This document shows positions 52,330 through 64,000 of a stretch of DNA of 64,000 bases, piece by piece. The notes under the pieces were generated by a model. The model had not been told where the DNA came from and did not search any database. It saw only the letters and a list, made by a program, of their open reading frames with translations. The position numbers and the translations under genes are program-made. The DNA comes from Octopus sinensis (Eukaryota): positions 141,422,001-141,486,000 of the forward strand of contig NC_043000.1 in NCBI RefSeq assembly GCF_006345805.1. Reading direction: 5' to 3'. The stretch's first letter is position 1. Each line of letters opens with the position of its first letter.

Positions 52330-53789
52330 ATGTGTGTGTGTGTGTGTGTAGTTATATTCAGTACCTTGCAAAGGTCTTCGGCTGCTTTAAACGATTGGAA
52401 ATTTCTAATAATTGCCAACTTATAAGTGGATGTTTCGCATAGCGTTCTTTATAGATGAAGCATCAGCCCTGATGGAGTCATTCCATGCCTACTTATTATA
52501 TTTTGTAGTAGGGGTCCTGAATGAAAGGGGAAGATGCGAGACGTTTACCAAAAATGGCCGTGAAAAAGGTTTTGGTGACCTCACATAAATCAATGAAGAT
52601 ACAAAGTTTTAAAACAGAAAAATATCTATAATGAAAATTTATAACAAAATGTTCATTTTAAAAAGTTACCGTACATTGTTAATATTCTCTTAGCTTGAAT
52701 AATTGCTTTAATGTGCCTGGGAAGAGATGCACACAAATCCTTGATTAGTATGAGATGCCATTCTCTGTGACTTTCTAATGAGCTAGAATTTGTCAGAAGG
52801 CCTGCAGGAAAGCAAAACGACTCGCATTACACGACGAAAACAGTGAAGTTTTGGGGGAAGAGTCCGATGATTTGAGCGATGCTTTGGGAATACACACATC
52901 TATACACTTACACTTAAAGACGAATAAAAGAATAGTTTATATTTTTATATTATTGTCCAAATGATTAAATGTGAAGTCTGTATTAAATACCGCTTAAAAT
53001 CTCTCAAGGCGCCTCCTTTTCCTATAACTAATTCGCAGCCATGACATTCGAAGCCAATCTCAACGCATGATCAACCTATTTATTCGAAGAGGATACTCTT
53101 ATTATGACCTAATTAGCTTTGACCGCACTTCTTTCATTTACTTCACAACCACCTCATTGCCTCTTATATTCCATTCTTTCTCGACTCTCAGCCATGCACA
53201 TTATTTCTCAAGCAGACAGTACTTTGCTTCACCCTACGCCTACAATCCGATTCTGTCACTTCTCTTTGATACCCTTGTGAATCCTGCCTCTGGTTTATGC
53301 ACTCTCACAACATCTGAAAACGGTTTGCCGATATCTTCTCCCTTACCATATTCACTCCAACATCCACACCTGTTGTCAAAACTGCTCACACCTTCCTAGC
53401 ACCACCAACCTCAACAGACCTAAAAATCAATCTTTCCGCATCCTGACTCTTTCAGCTGCATTTCTTACAAAATTATTTATGATATTAAGTGCTTCTTCTT
53501 TGGTTCCTTGTATAACGAACAAACTGGCTGCCTACTTGTAGACTGATTCGTGGAGTAGCTTAGAGGCATCCGACTCGGTAACGGCTTCAATACTTCTGGT
53601 AGTTTCCGACTTACTGACAATTCTAAAGATTACCTTTCCGCTTTTAAATTCGTCTTTGCAAAGTAATAACCTCCAGCTCTCTGAGAGAGAGAACAGAAAC
53701 TTTCTTTTCGAAAATTTCAGTTCCCACAGACCTAATACATAACCTTGTTGTCTTCAAACTTTGCATATATCAAATTCATACAGACGATG

Positions 53790-53838
<49 letters not shown>

Positions 53839-54059
53839 ACACACACACACACACACTAACTTACCGGTATACATAGAGGAACATTTTTTCATTATACGTT
53901 CTCGAATTTAACAGCATATGCACAAGTACTTCCGGTATACATATATAAATGCATTCATTCCAACGCATGACACACACAAACACTACCAACTGAAACCTAC
54001 ATATGTTGCCTGATTAATTAGTATGCAGACTGTTGCCATAATAACAAAGCTGAAGAACG

Positions 54060-54290
54060 CTGAGTAAAGCCTATTGGTACAGATTGACCTTGAACTCTGC
54101 TATGTCAGCGCACTAAAATTTAACGTTCTAGCTTACTTCCGCTGTTTACGGCAGTTCTTAGAAGGAAGGTGTGTAGCGTGTCATCATCGCATTGATCATG
54201 TCAGAGAAAGTTAAGCAGAGAATCTACATCAAATTTTGCGAAAAGCTTGGCGATACCTGCTCAGAGGCATACGCAATGTTTTCAAAAAGC
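54060..54290 (+). mobile_element. Mariner transposase N-terminal fragment
   Basis: MSEKVKQRIYIKFCEKLGDTCSEAYAMF resembles the mariner HTH EQRICIKFC.KLG.S.SE. Confidence 0.7.
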
Positions 54291-55911
54291 TTTCATCGTT
54301 TTCGACACAATCCCTGGCACTTATTCTTTTCTTGCCAGGTAGCAATTTATCAAAGACTGATTTTACTTTCCTTACAAACATCAGCTCCACTGGTGAGCTA
54401 CCTGCTGGTGTATTCGTATTTGGTGTCTCACGGTACACTCTTAAATATTGTTGTAGAGCTACATCATCCGTGACTTCCATATTCGATTTTTTATGGGCTC
54501 TCTTGAAGGTATCGACAAAGCGTTCTGCCTATCACTTAGGTCTGAGATGGTATGGTACCGTAGTTATATGTTTTACCGCGAAAATCTCACAAAAGTTTTT
54601 TTTTTTATTCTCTAGACACAAATTGCGTTCCATTATCAGACACTATCTTGTCTGGGATGTCAAATCCTGCAAACAGTTCGTGTAAAAGAAATACCACAGT
54701 TGTGGACGTTGATTTTTTACAATTACAAATTTCAGGTCATTTCGAGAAACTATTAACTTTCATTAAGTAGTAAGAACCATTTAAAGGACCCGCTACATCG
54801 ATGTGTAGTCTCGACCACGGAACTTCTACTTTTTCTCAAGGTTTACCTTTTATCTTGGGAAATTTTTCGAGAACGGTGCATTTCGATTTGATTGAAGTAT
54901 GTGTTCCACTTTGTTTTACTGCTTTCTTTTTTGTTTCTGTCCATCAGCCGCATTTGAACCTTCGACCGAGGCGACTTTATTTCTACGTAAAAGACATATG
55001 GAAGTATTCCATGCTTTGAATAGTTTCATCAACTCTGGGCAGAATAGATTAAATGAATTTTTTAACGTATAAATCTTCGCCTTTTCCGTTTGACCTCGAA
55101 ATGTTACATTACATACAAATTCACCGAGAAAATATAATCTTTTCCCCGTAACACCATGTGTTACCTTTTTAGATTTAATTATTTTCGGCTTACTGTCATA
55201 TTTCCAAGTTTTTTCGTTTATAATGGTGATATCACTACCAGTATCCAACTGCATTTTAACACTTGTATTTCTGATTTTTCACCTTCACAATATTCCTCAT
55301 CGTTATATTATCAATTTCTTCCGATGACATAATATCTATTCTTCTTCCTTTGTTCTGACGTTTTATTACCTCCGTTCTACAGTGCGTCTCTACATGTCCT
55401 ATATTTCCACATTGAAAGCACTCCGCTTTTTTAAATGGGTTCATACCTCCACATGTAAAACATTGGTTTATTTCCTGATTTTTGTCGTGCTTTTTTTTTT
55501 CTTTTTAGAAAATCCTGTATCTCAATTCTGACTATTTCGCACTGGCTTTGCTTGGAAACAAGCTTTACGTTCAATTTTCATTGTGTCGTGCCTTAATTTG
55601 ACTATCCTTTCACATTCTCCTGACACTTGCTGTAGGTTTACATCATCCTGGTTTTATTCCAGCTTTGCGAGAATTCTAGTTCTAATTTCTGCGTCCTTTT
55701 CGGCAGTATCCTGTGTAAAAATGAGGCATTTAAACATATCTGGTGTTAATTTATCCAGCTTAAACTTCTCGCATTCCTTGTTTACTCTACAAACATATGT
55801 GATGTAGTCCTCGTCGTTGTTTTTCTGTATGTTCAGACACTTCCAACGTGTGTTAAACAATGAGCTTCTTTCACTGAAAATTTTACATAATATATCTATT
55901 GTGTCATTAAA

Positions 55912-56321
55912 GGCGCAGGAGTGGCTGTGTGGTAAGTAGCTTGCTAACCAACCACATGGTTCCGGGTTCAGTCCCTCTGCGTGGCATCTTGGGCAAGTGT
56001 CTTCTTCTATAGCCCCGACCAATGCCTTGTGAGTGGATTTGGTGGACGGAAACTGAAAGAAGCCTGTCGTATATATGTATATACATATATATATGTGTAT
56101 GTATGTGAGTGTTTGTGTATGTGTGTTTGTCCCACTAGCATTGCTTGACAACCGATGCTGGTGTGTTTACGTCCCCGTTACTTAGCGGTTCGGCAAAAAG
56201 AGACCGATAGAATAAGTACTGGGCTTACAAAGAATAAGTCCCGGGGTCGATTTGCTCGACTAAAGGCGGTGCCCCAGCATGGCCGCAGTCAAATGACTGA
56301 AACAAGTAAAAGAGTAAAGCG
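55912..56321 (+). mobile_element. SINE family A inserted in Gypsy gag
   Basis: Removing it rejoins ..SDIEF|NDTIDIL..; TAAA duplication at both sides. Confidence 0.92.
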
Positions 56322-56837
56322 TAAATTCTATGTCAGAAGGTTTTCTTGTCAGTACATAATTACTGTATCGTTCATGCTCTGTTGCCGCCAGTTTTCTCAA
56401 AATTAAGCACGTTTTCGTCTCCTCGTCCCAATCTTTACATTCTTTCTCGAAGGTTTGCTCATATCTTCTGTAGTATGCTTCGAAGGTAACTCTTTCGTCA
56501 GGTTCGTATTTGACCTCTTTTATAGGGTTCGCAACATAGTTTGTCGAGAACACTTTTTCTGACTGTTCTGATGATTTCGGTAATTGCAGCATTTGTTGCT
56601 GTAATATTATTTGTTGTTCTTGTTGTTTCTGCTGTTGCCCTTGCAGATGTATCTGCTGCTGTTGTTCTTTCAGTTGCTGTTGTTGATGTTTTTGCAAACT
56701 CGAGCAAACCAGCCAACAAATTTTCCGTAATCGTACGATTCATTTTCGTAAAAATAGGAAAGTAAAACCTTTTGTGAGCTTGTTAACTCCCCGTGAGATG
56801 TTAATTTCTCGTGACTTGTTTAAATCCTCGATGCCAC

Positions 56838-57031
56838 TGTTATAATCTTTTATTATGTTCGAATATTATAACGCCTCGTCGGTATACAATATACTTAGTA
56901 AAACCAATAAAGACACGACTATCTCTTCGCCTACTCTCTGATACTGGCCGACGTCACTTTAATTATAGTGGCTACTTCATTCCACACGTCACGTTGGAGG
57001 AGTGTACCATTATTACTAATTCCTTACAACA
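56838..57031 (-). repeat. Putative 5' LTR (194 bp) followed by PBS-like GTGGCATCGAGG
   Basis: Minus strand TGTTG...TAACA termini directly followed by GTGGCATCGAGG, upstream of gag. Confidence 0.7.
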
Positions 57032-59159
57032 ATAAATTAATCCAAAAGTAATATTTAAAATAACACATTTCTTTTCTAGTTCATATACGTATCCTAATTA
57101 CAATATTATCTCTATTTTTACAGTATAAAAACCCACTACGAAATAAAATTGAAAATACCAACCGGAGGAATGTTCCCTGTGGTACCGGTTGAAACATAAG
57201 TGGCAAAGAAATTATGTATCACCTAACGTCTAGTATAGTCAATATAGTATGAACATGGTGACAGGATCAGAGACTTATTTGACATTTCTTGTGTCTACAA
57301 AACAATCTATGACTAAAAGAACAAAATATGTGTGGCTTTTTTACTAGCAGGAATGTGAGTAATACTATACAGAAAATCTGCTTTTACGCATTAAAAAGTA
57401 AGTTCATGTTCATTTGGTACCAACAGACTTCAATAGACTATTTGGATTTGTGTATACATATAAGAATGCATGCATATTGGCATATACACATCTACATACA
57501 TACGCACACTTAAAGACGAATAAAAGAATAGTTTATATTTTTATATTATTGTCCAAATGATTAAATATGAAGTCTGTATTAAATCTTAATTAGAATGTTT
57601 TTTAAAATACAAGATTTTACATGTTTTAATAAATGGAGAGCAAAATAAGAAGTTGATAAAGTCTATTATCGTGGTATTGTATTTATTATTATTATTAGCC
57701 CATGCTGATTACATAAATTCAATGTCCTGAAGATTCATAATAATAGCTTTTATTGACAGCCTACCAAACTGTACAACCATAGATAAGACCTTGCAGTGTA
57801 ACCAGCATCGTGGTAATCTTAGGAGTAGATAAGGGTTTTTGAATGAGGTGATGCAGTAAGGTAGGTAAATGTTTCTTTCCAGGTTAACCCTCCGAATAAT
57901 TCATTTTTAAGTACGTTAATATACACAGTTTTTGTAAAGATGTAAAAACTGCAGATGAGACATTATCTCTATCATCAGAATGTTTTAAATAAAATGGAAT
58001 TTTCTTCATAAAATTGACCAGCATACACTAACATACATATATTTCAGGAAACATAACTTTCAGTAGTTTAGATGATATCCCACAAGGTAAACAACTTATA
58101 CCATAACTTACAAGACAAATAAAATTTAACGGTTTCGCTTAATGATTTTCACTTAATATTAAATAAAGAGTCTAACATTTACGACCTAAAATGTATACAT
58201 TTTCAACTTTCGTCTTATAAAAAGTTAAGGAAAAGAATTATTGCTTAAAGCAATAAATACATTGTGCTTTCCCTAATGCAGCCAACCAAAACAAAGAATG
58301 GAAAATATAGTGAATACCTTTATACTGGAAAGTGAATAGAAAATCAACACAATTTCTTTTTTTCGTTGATGACACGAAACAAGTATTTTACATCAGATAA
58401 ATAATAGAAAGATCGTGTTCGTTTTCTTTCGATAAAATATAACTTATTTAAGTATCAAAAGAAATTGAGGTAATGTAGATAATGTAAGTTGAAGGTGTGT
58501 TAGTGATACAAAAATATCACATAAATATAACTGTTACAGCCATAAATTCTCATATGTTCACATACGATTTGAAAATAATGAGTTACTCTTGTAAAAATTA
58601 GGAGTCGTTGAAGCTGATTTAGGATATTGCCACTACTGCCATTTCTGAGAACGAATGCAACTAGTCAAAAGAAATCAGGAAAATATCTTAGGACCAGATA
58701 TACCATGTTATCACTGAACTACGTATTGTGTTATGCATTCACTCAGCCATTCTCTCACTGAATGAAATCAACAAACATTTGCACATATACAAGCATTAAT
58801 CTGCCACAACTTACTATGAAAACACATATCAACGAGCCTATGACGGTACCAAAGAAAATTGAGATGTAAGAGTAACAAACCTGTCTATATGTTACTCTGT
58901 TAACATGAAAAGCTGGATAGTTTTAGAAACCATTTCACTTTTATGTCACATCCATGAGACTAAGAAATTTGTGTACCATGCACCTGTTTCTTATATTTTC
59001 TCATAAAAATCAAGCAAATACCTCTTAATTGAATTATTTCTCTTTTCGGAATTGCATGATTTCGGGCTACGCACTCTTCTTTCAAACAAATAAGATTAAA
59101 GAGATATATTCACTTTGAACGTAAAATGTTACGCACGATGAGAATCTTAGATTCTCTTG

Positions 59160-59163
59160 TGAT

Positions 59164-59195
<32 letters not shown>

Positions 59196-59670
59196 TACGA
59201 ACGCACACACATACATATGCATCTACATACACAGATGTAGATATATCTATCTATCTATCAATCTATCTATCTATCTATCTATTTGTCTGTCTGTCTGTCT
59301 GTCTGTCTGTCCGCTTGTTTGTTTGTCTATCTATATACATATATGTATGTATATATTTATATATATGTACATACGTGTATATAGATGCCTATACATAAAA
59401 ACACACACGCATATATATATATATTTATAAACACATACATAATACTTACACACGCACACATACGAACGCATACATACACCTATGCATCTACCTACACAGA
59501 TGTAGATGTATCTATCTATCTATCTATCTATCTGTCTGTCTGTCTCTCTGTCCGTTTGTCTGTCTATCTATATGCATATATATATGTATATATTTATATA
59601 TATGTACATACGTGTATATAGATACCTATACATAAACACACATACATACATACTTACACACACACACACG
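59160..59670. repeat. Tandem duplication of a compound-microsatellite unit of about 265 bp
   Basis: CACATACGAACGCA..GCATCTAC..CAGATGTAGAT.. order repeated at about 59185 and 59450. Confidence 0.8.
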
Positions 59671-62600
59671 CACATATATTTGTCTCCTAACACAGGAAAC
59701 CATATTGAATTGATGCCTTTGTCGATGATGGTGTCGTCACATTTGATGTACTTAAATGTCCTCGCATATATTATCACTCTGAATTGAATTCTTTTGGAAT
59801 TTGTTGATCCCTCACACTAACAGCTTTCACAAAAACATTTGCAGCAAGACGAACAAGGATTTTCTAATGCTGTTCTCAACTCAATTATTTTATGTCAGAA
59901 ATATAATATCTCTGTTAAAATTTATTTTAACATTGATTTTTTGTGATTCGAATACTCTTGCAATTTAATTTTACCTAACAAATTTGATTTAATTTGCGTT
60001 TTAGAAATTTCAGCTGTTTTCTTACATCATCGGTTTCTGTGCTTCATTGTAACGTTCACAATTCTCATTGTATTTCAACGAGTGCTGCTATAGAATTTTG
60101 TGAAGATTCTGTCACATTTCGTCCACAGAATGTTACTATACATTATTGCTTCAATATGTCATTGATTTTTATTTTCCAGTGCTTTGACGCTAAAATATAT
60201 AAAATAAATCAATATATTTCAGGTAACGCTGTGTGTGAAACTTTAATTTGAATACAAAGCAGTTTTAAATAACAAAACGAAGTATTTGGGTAATTTTTTA
60301 AGTTTAAATATTGGACTCACTGCTGAATGAAATCTGTGGATATATTTTATAATATATTATGATATGAAAGCAAAACACTGGAAATAGATCGGTAATTTAA
60401 AACACATAGCATACAATAACTCTCTAAATTCGATTCATTTCATGTTTATTGAGCACGTTCGCTAAGAACGTCGCAGAAGTTTAGATTTTAAATCCAATAA
60501 CAATTTTAAGAAATTCGGGATCCATGCAAATTACTTTACATAGGAAATTGAACGCATTCAGCTTGTGGCATACATGCATACATACATACATACATACATA
60601 CATACATACATACATACATACATACATACAAACATATATGCATACATATAAACACAGACGCATGCACACACAAAAACATACACACATATAGCATTTTTTT
60701 ATTCGTTTGTGTGCTCACTTCGGAACATTGTCGTTTTCTGCGCTAGAATGTGTAATCCTATAATACACACGATTACCTTTAAAATATTGCTGACAAAGAC
60801 AATATGTAACCCTGATCCTCAATAAACATTGACGGTCAAGAAGACCCGGCCTAGAAACATAGAGTGTAGGAAACCTGGGTGGGAGTTCAACCCAGAGCGC
60901 AGAAAGTGGAAACCAAATACAATATTGTTTTTAATCCCATAATATAAAAATTCCACAAACCACCAACTTTAATTGACTGTAGAAAATAAAATGAAAACGA
61001 GCGAGCGTTACAGGAATTGCCGTAGAGAATAATTTGTGATTTACCACAAACGCAAATTATTAAACAAAGACAATTATAAATGTAATGTGCAGATGATTTT
61101 AAATTCATAAATAATATCAGATACAGTAATTATGAAAGTTTGAAATCTATAAGAGTAGTATTATTTAAAAAAATTTTCTAGACGTAACTCGTACCAAATG
61201 GGTGTTAAAAGTAGTTGAACTGTTCTAGACATATGAGAAATGGTATGTCTGAACAATTCTCGATCATGGCGGTCAGTTGACTAAACAACAAGTTCACCAT
61301 TTTGTGATCAACTTTTTTCTATGAGCATATTTTTCTTCTTTCATTTCTCACGAATTTTCATTGCTAAATATTGGTAACTTCCCTACTTTGCTAATAATAT
61401 CGCAACATCAGTTTTAAAAAGATGTTTTATTAATAATAGGCAATTATTCAGAATAACTGGAAAAGGAAACAACTAAGATTCACTATCGTTTGTCGAAATC
61501 TAAAAGTGTCAGTAGAAAGATGTCAGTTATATTTTCCACAAATCTATTAACTTCAAAATCATATATTCTTTTAATCTATGAAGAAAACAGCGCATATAGT
61601 CACATTGACTTTCTGAATGGATAAGCTAGAGTAAGAAAAGAAAGCAAGTCAGGCACTTAACAGAGTATGTTTTCAAGATTTAAAACTGATGAAACTACTC
61701 GAAACAATGAAACATTTTCATCTGCTAACACGCAGCGTTAAAAAAATGCAGAAATACGCTCGCAATACTTTAAAAGAAGAATTTCATAAAATACTTTGTG
61801 GAAGCCAGAACCACACGCTCCGAACGATATTTCTTGATCAAGACTCATACATTTTGTGGGTGTTTGATGGTGTAATAGCATATATGTACCACGTAAATAA
61901 ATGTGGATGAGAATGTAATTTTTACAATGTAGTGGAATGAAAAAAATTATTGTACAGGTTTGGGATATCAATGCAATATAATTAATGGTATCACGTAATA
62001 TAACATGTGATGTATTATGCATGGAAAGGCAGTAATCGTTGTAAACTACTTTGCAAAACAATCATGTTCTTTACTGCATTAAGTTAGCAAACCATAGGCT
62101 GCACGTGCATGCACGCACTCACGCACTCACGCGCACGCTTACACACAAACATGCACACACACATGAGAATTGAAGTTAAAATTGGAATCCGTATGAAGCT
62201 TCATATGAAACTAGAAAAAATCCGAATAAAATCCTCGAGATATTGAATAGGTTTGTCAATAATAACATGATGAAGGTGGACGAGTTCAGTAAAATTCTCA
62301 AAGTACTAAGATTATTGTATGGAAAATTTAATGGACTATTCATAGGAAATATCTTTTGTATTCAAGCAAGTGAAGAGAATTTGTGTATGACTTGGGGATA
62401 TAAAGGTAAATGCAAAAAAAAAAAAGAAATCAAATACTCACACTATATTAGTCGTATTTTATACTATATTTGAATGGGTCAGTCATAATTGTGAGACAAA
62501 AAAAGGTACAGTCAAGAAAGATAGTTCTTGAAAGACAAAGCTCAAAGCTATAGAGAAGATGAGTTTGACGAGAGTTAGCTTTACGTTCTAGTTACGGACG

Positions 62601-63754
62601 CACTGCATTATCGAGTCAGTATTTTCCTGTTCAAGATGACCGAGTGTATTTTGAGAGAAATCGTTGTTGTTTTTTTACAGGTCGATCGCGTATGTAGTTA
62701 ATCCGTAACTAATTCGGAGTATATCATATTTGATTCAACTGTAATCTAAGTGAGCGGAGAAAGAAGAAAAATTACTTGACATGGAAGCTAGAAGAGCTTT
62801 TGAAAATATACTGTATTAGAGATAAGTGGAATATATCATTCCTTAGCAGCAGCAAAATTTTACAGAAACTTAGAATCGCACAAGATTTAATTAGTCTGTA
62901 ACATGGGTAATTATGCTACAACATGAATTCTATAAAACTTTTCATTAATAACGTTTAGGAGAAATGGTAGACATTAAATCAACGAAAGTTCAACAGAGAT
63001 ATAGATGTAACATCATAAGCGTGTCATATTATGCAAAGTCCTAGTAAATCATTCTAAGAAGGAACTAAAATTTACCAAAGTTTAGAATTGAAGTCTTCTG
63101 AGGAAAGAAGATGCTTGACAATGAGTGTGACTACAAAGAAAGTGGTGTACAATAAGATGTTCTTGCTATTGTTTGCACTAACGTTGGCCTTGTTCGAGCA
63201 TAATTACGAATGGGCATGATATTGGGTTGAGTGAAAGATGAACTGATTAAGCCTTCCTCAAAGATTCTTGCCTTATGATTAAGAAGTACAGCTCGCAATA
63301 AAAAGGTAGCGGGTTCAATGTAACAAGAAATGATATTCAGCAAATTTTATTTTACCATATTTTCACGTCGACGAAGTGAATGGTGTGTGAGGGAAATTTT
63401 GTACACAGAAATTGTGCGCAAGCCCATTACATATATACATACATGCATGTACACCCGTACCTGTACAAGCATGTATCTATATATGTATGTATGTACACAT
63501 ATATGCATACATATAAACATTTACTTATATATACATATAAACATTTACTTATATAGATCGTGCAAAGATATAAATCATGCAAAGAAAGTAGATCGTGCAA
63601 AGATATATGTGTGTATTTTTCTTTGTTAACAAGGAAAAAATATAAATAGTTACCAGGGTAGCAAAAAATCGCACAAGTAAAAGCGTTCAAACTTTAAAGG
63701 TAGAAACTTTGTATATGTGTGTGTGTGTGTATATGTGCGTGCGTGTGTGTGTGT

Positions 63755-63788
<34 letters not shown>

Positions 63789-64000
63789 CTGTGTGTGTGT
63801 GTGAGGGCCTGTGTGTTAATGGTAAGGGATTACCATAAAACGATTACCAGTAATCCTTATTATTAATATTAGTAGAGACATTGGTAAAAGACATGGGAGA
63901 TATATTTCATGTGTTGAAAGCATTATCTGCTAAATATGTGTGTTAAATCAAATCGACTGTCCACGGATGTTCCAACCTCGAATGTTGCAACTGGGTTCCT

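Larger units (their letters stand above)
54290..57031 (-). mobile_element. Internally deleted Gypsy LTR retrotransposon (K02A2.6/Mag-like): 5' LTR, gag, zinc knuckle, protease, integrase; RT/RNase H missing
   Basis: gag YEPDERVTFEAYYRRYE..LRKL; CFQCGNIGHVETHC; LDTGSDITII; PWSRLHIDVAGP; YRETPNTNTPAGSSPVELMF; stops and frameshifts. Confidence 0.9.

Noticed and set aside
59700-60470. Possible hAT remnant
   Set aside because: No diagnostic motif or TIR could be identified

Overview
AT-rich, repeat-dense eukaryotic DNA that looks intronic or intergenic. The SINE and microsatellite complement resembles octopus (coleoid cephalopod) genomes; this species call is an inference. I cannot support an intact host protein-coding gene, and nearly all long ORFs are microsatellite or SINE read-through artefacts. 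The window contains about 27 copies of four tRNA-type SINE families, non-autonomous Helitron-like elements, and a 100-N assembly gap. It also holds decayed transposons: an internally deleted Gypsy LTR element, mariner, maT/DD37D, Chapaev3-like, L1/Tx1, RTE, CR1/Jockey-type and R4/Dong-like pieces, plus a Penelope-like GIY-YIG fragment. Four observations stand out. (1) Several unrelated microsatellite-embedded inserts carry minimal type I hammerhead ribozyme motifs with palindromic stem III: two near-intact (33464-33534 minus, 34637-34684 plus) and several decayed, one just downstream of the Penelope endonuclease. (2) A head-to-tail SINE pentamer with ABABA higher-order structure sits inside one TSD pair, and its junction recurs in other copies. 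(3) A composite Helitron contains the same segment twice, once with about 4 ACC triplets and once expanded to about 1.4 kb. (4) A 200-bp palindrome is nested in a SINE.
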